A stretch of DNA of 63,251 bases, the filler included, from Octopus bimaculoides (taxonomy: Eukaryota): the NCBI RefSeq assembly GCF_001194135.2. It is 6 parts of 6 records of this genome, joined end to end, with 100 filler letters (N's around TTAATTAATTAA, not from the genome) between each part and the next. Parts side by side here need not be neighbours in the genome. Positions count along the whole stretch, not along the records: positions 59,301 to 63,251 come from NC_068982.1; 5 more parts are not named here. One strand, given 5' to 3'. The translations under genes and the position numbers were made by a program. Shown in pieces: positions 62,694 to 63,251 of the stretch; position 1 is the stretch's first letter; every line of letters begins with the position of its first letter. The notes under the pieces are model-generated. The model did not search any database, had not been told where the DNA came from, and worked only from the letters and a program-made list of their open reading frames with translations.

Positions 62694-62891
62694 TGTTGCA
62701 TCCTCGGGTTCAGAATGCATATCATTAGGGGTCCTGTTTTAAATATTGTACCTCGCCAAATATATTCGGTTTCGCTTGCCATGTTGTTGTCGCCTGTAGT
62801 TTGTTGGCTATAATGATAGGGGATGCTGACTATAATGATATTTAAAACAAGACACCCCATGAGATTCATTCTGCACTTTGAGGATGCAACA
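62694..62891. mobile_element. MITE-like element with about 52-bp imperfect TIRs
   Basis: tgttgcatcctc...cagaatg.at.tcat..ggg.tc.tgttttaaatat / reverse complement at 62838-62891. Confidence 0.65.
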
Positions 62892-63075
62892 TAACTAGTT
62901 GTACAGTATATGCAGGTAGCATACACAGTGAATGTACTTCAACTGGCATACTACTAACCATATACCCAATGTCCAAACAATTTACTGCTAGACTATTTGA
63001 CTACGCTCGCGCACTAAATTTGAATCCATAACGTATAAAGTTGGAGCTGCCTTGCACACGTAGCTAGGTGTGTAT

Positions 63076-63232
63076 ATGCCCCCGTAACTTAGCGGTTCGG
63101 CAAAGGATTCCGATAAAATAAGTACTAGGCTTACAAAGAATAAGTCCTGGGGTCGATTTTCTCGACTAAAGACGGTGCTCCAGTATGGCCGCAGTCATGA
63201 CTGAAACAAATAAAAGAATAGAAGAAAAAAGA
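63076..63232 (+). mobile_element. SINE family S1 tail
   Basis: ccccgtaacttagcggttcggcaaag...gtactaggcttacaaagaataagtcctggggtcga...ggccgcagtc. Confidence 0.88.
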
Positions 63233-63251
63233 AAAGTATATATATATATAT

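Overview
Gap-rich, AT-rich, microsatellite-laden eukaryotic genomic DNA. The SINE families and repeat landscape look like an octopus genome (inference). One host gene is supported: a minus-strand midnolin (MIDN/stuxnet-like) orthologue with five visible coding exon segments (4440-4469, 4077-4133, 2127-2390, 1643-1970, 396-566). They have canonical AG/GT ends and compatible phases wherever both ends of an intron are visible; the gene's start and final exon(s) are not visible. The rest is mostly transposon debris: tRNA-derived SINEs of at least three families, Tc1, mariner, maT-like and Tigger DNA transposons, Tx1/L1-like, CRE-like and Dong/R4-like non-LTR elements, Penelope-like (PLE) fragments including a permuted EN-before-RT (Naiad-type) copy, and fold-back/MITE-like elements. 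The most notable signal is a set of short repeats carrying minimal hammerhead-ribozyme folds. One has an intact tRNA-type Pol III promoter upstream, one family has the same non-canonical core (CUGUGGA) in two copies, and one copy lies in sense inside a midnolin intron. Five 100-bp N44-TTAATTAATTAA-N44 spacers are assembly joins, so adjacency across them is unproven. All protein and RNA family assignments come from manual translation and recalled motifs; no database search was run. TE and SINE boundaries are approximate unless a TIR, TSD or splice site is quoted.
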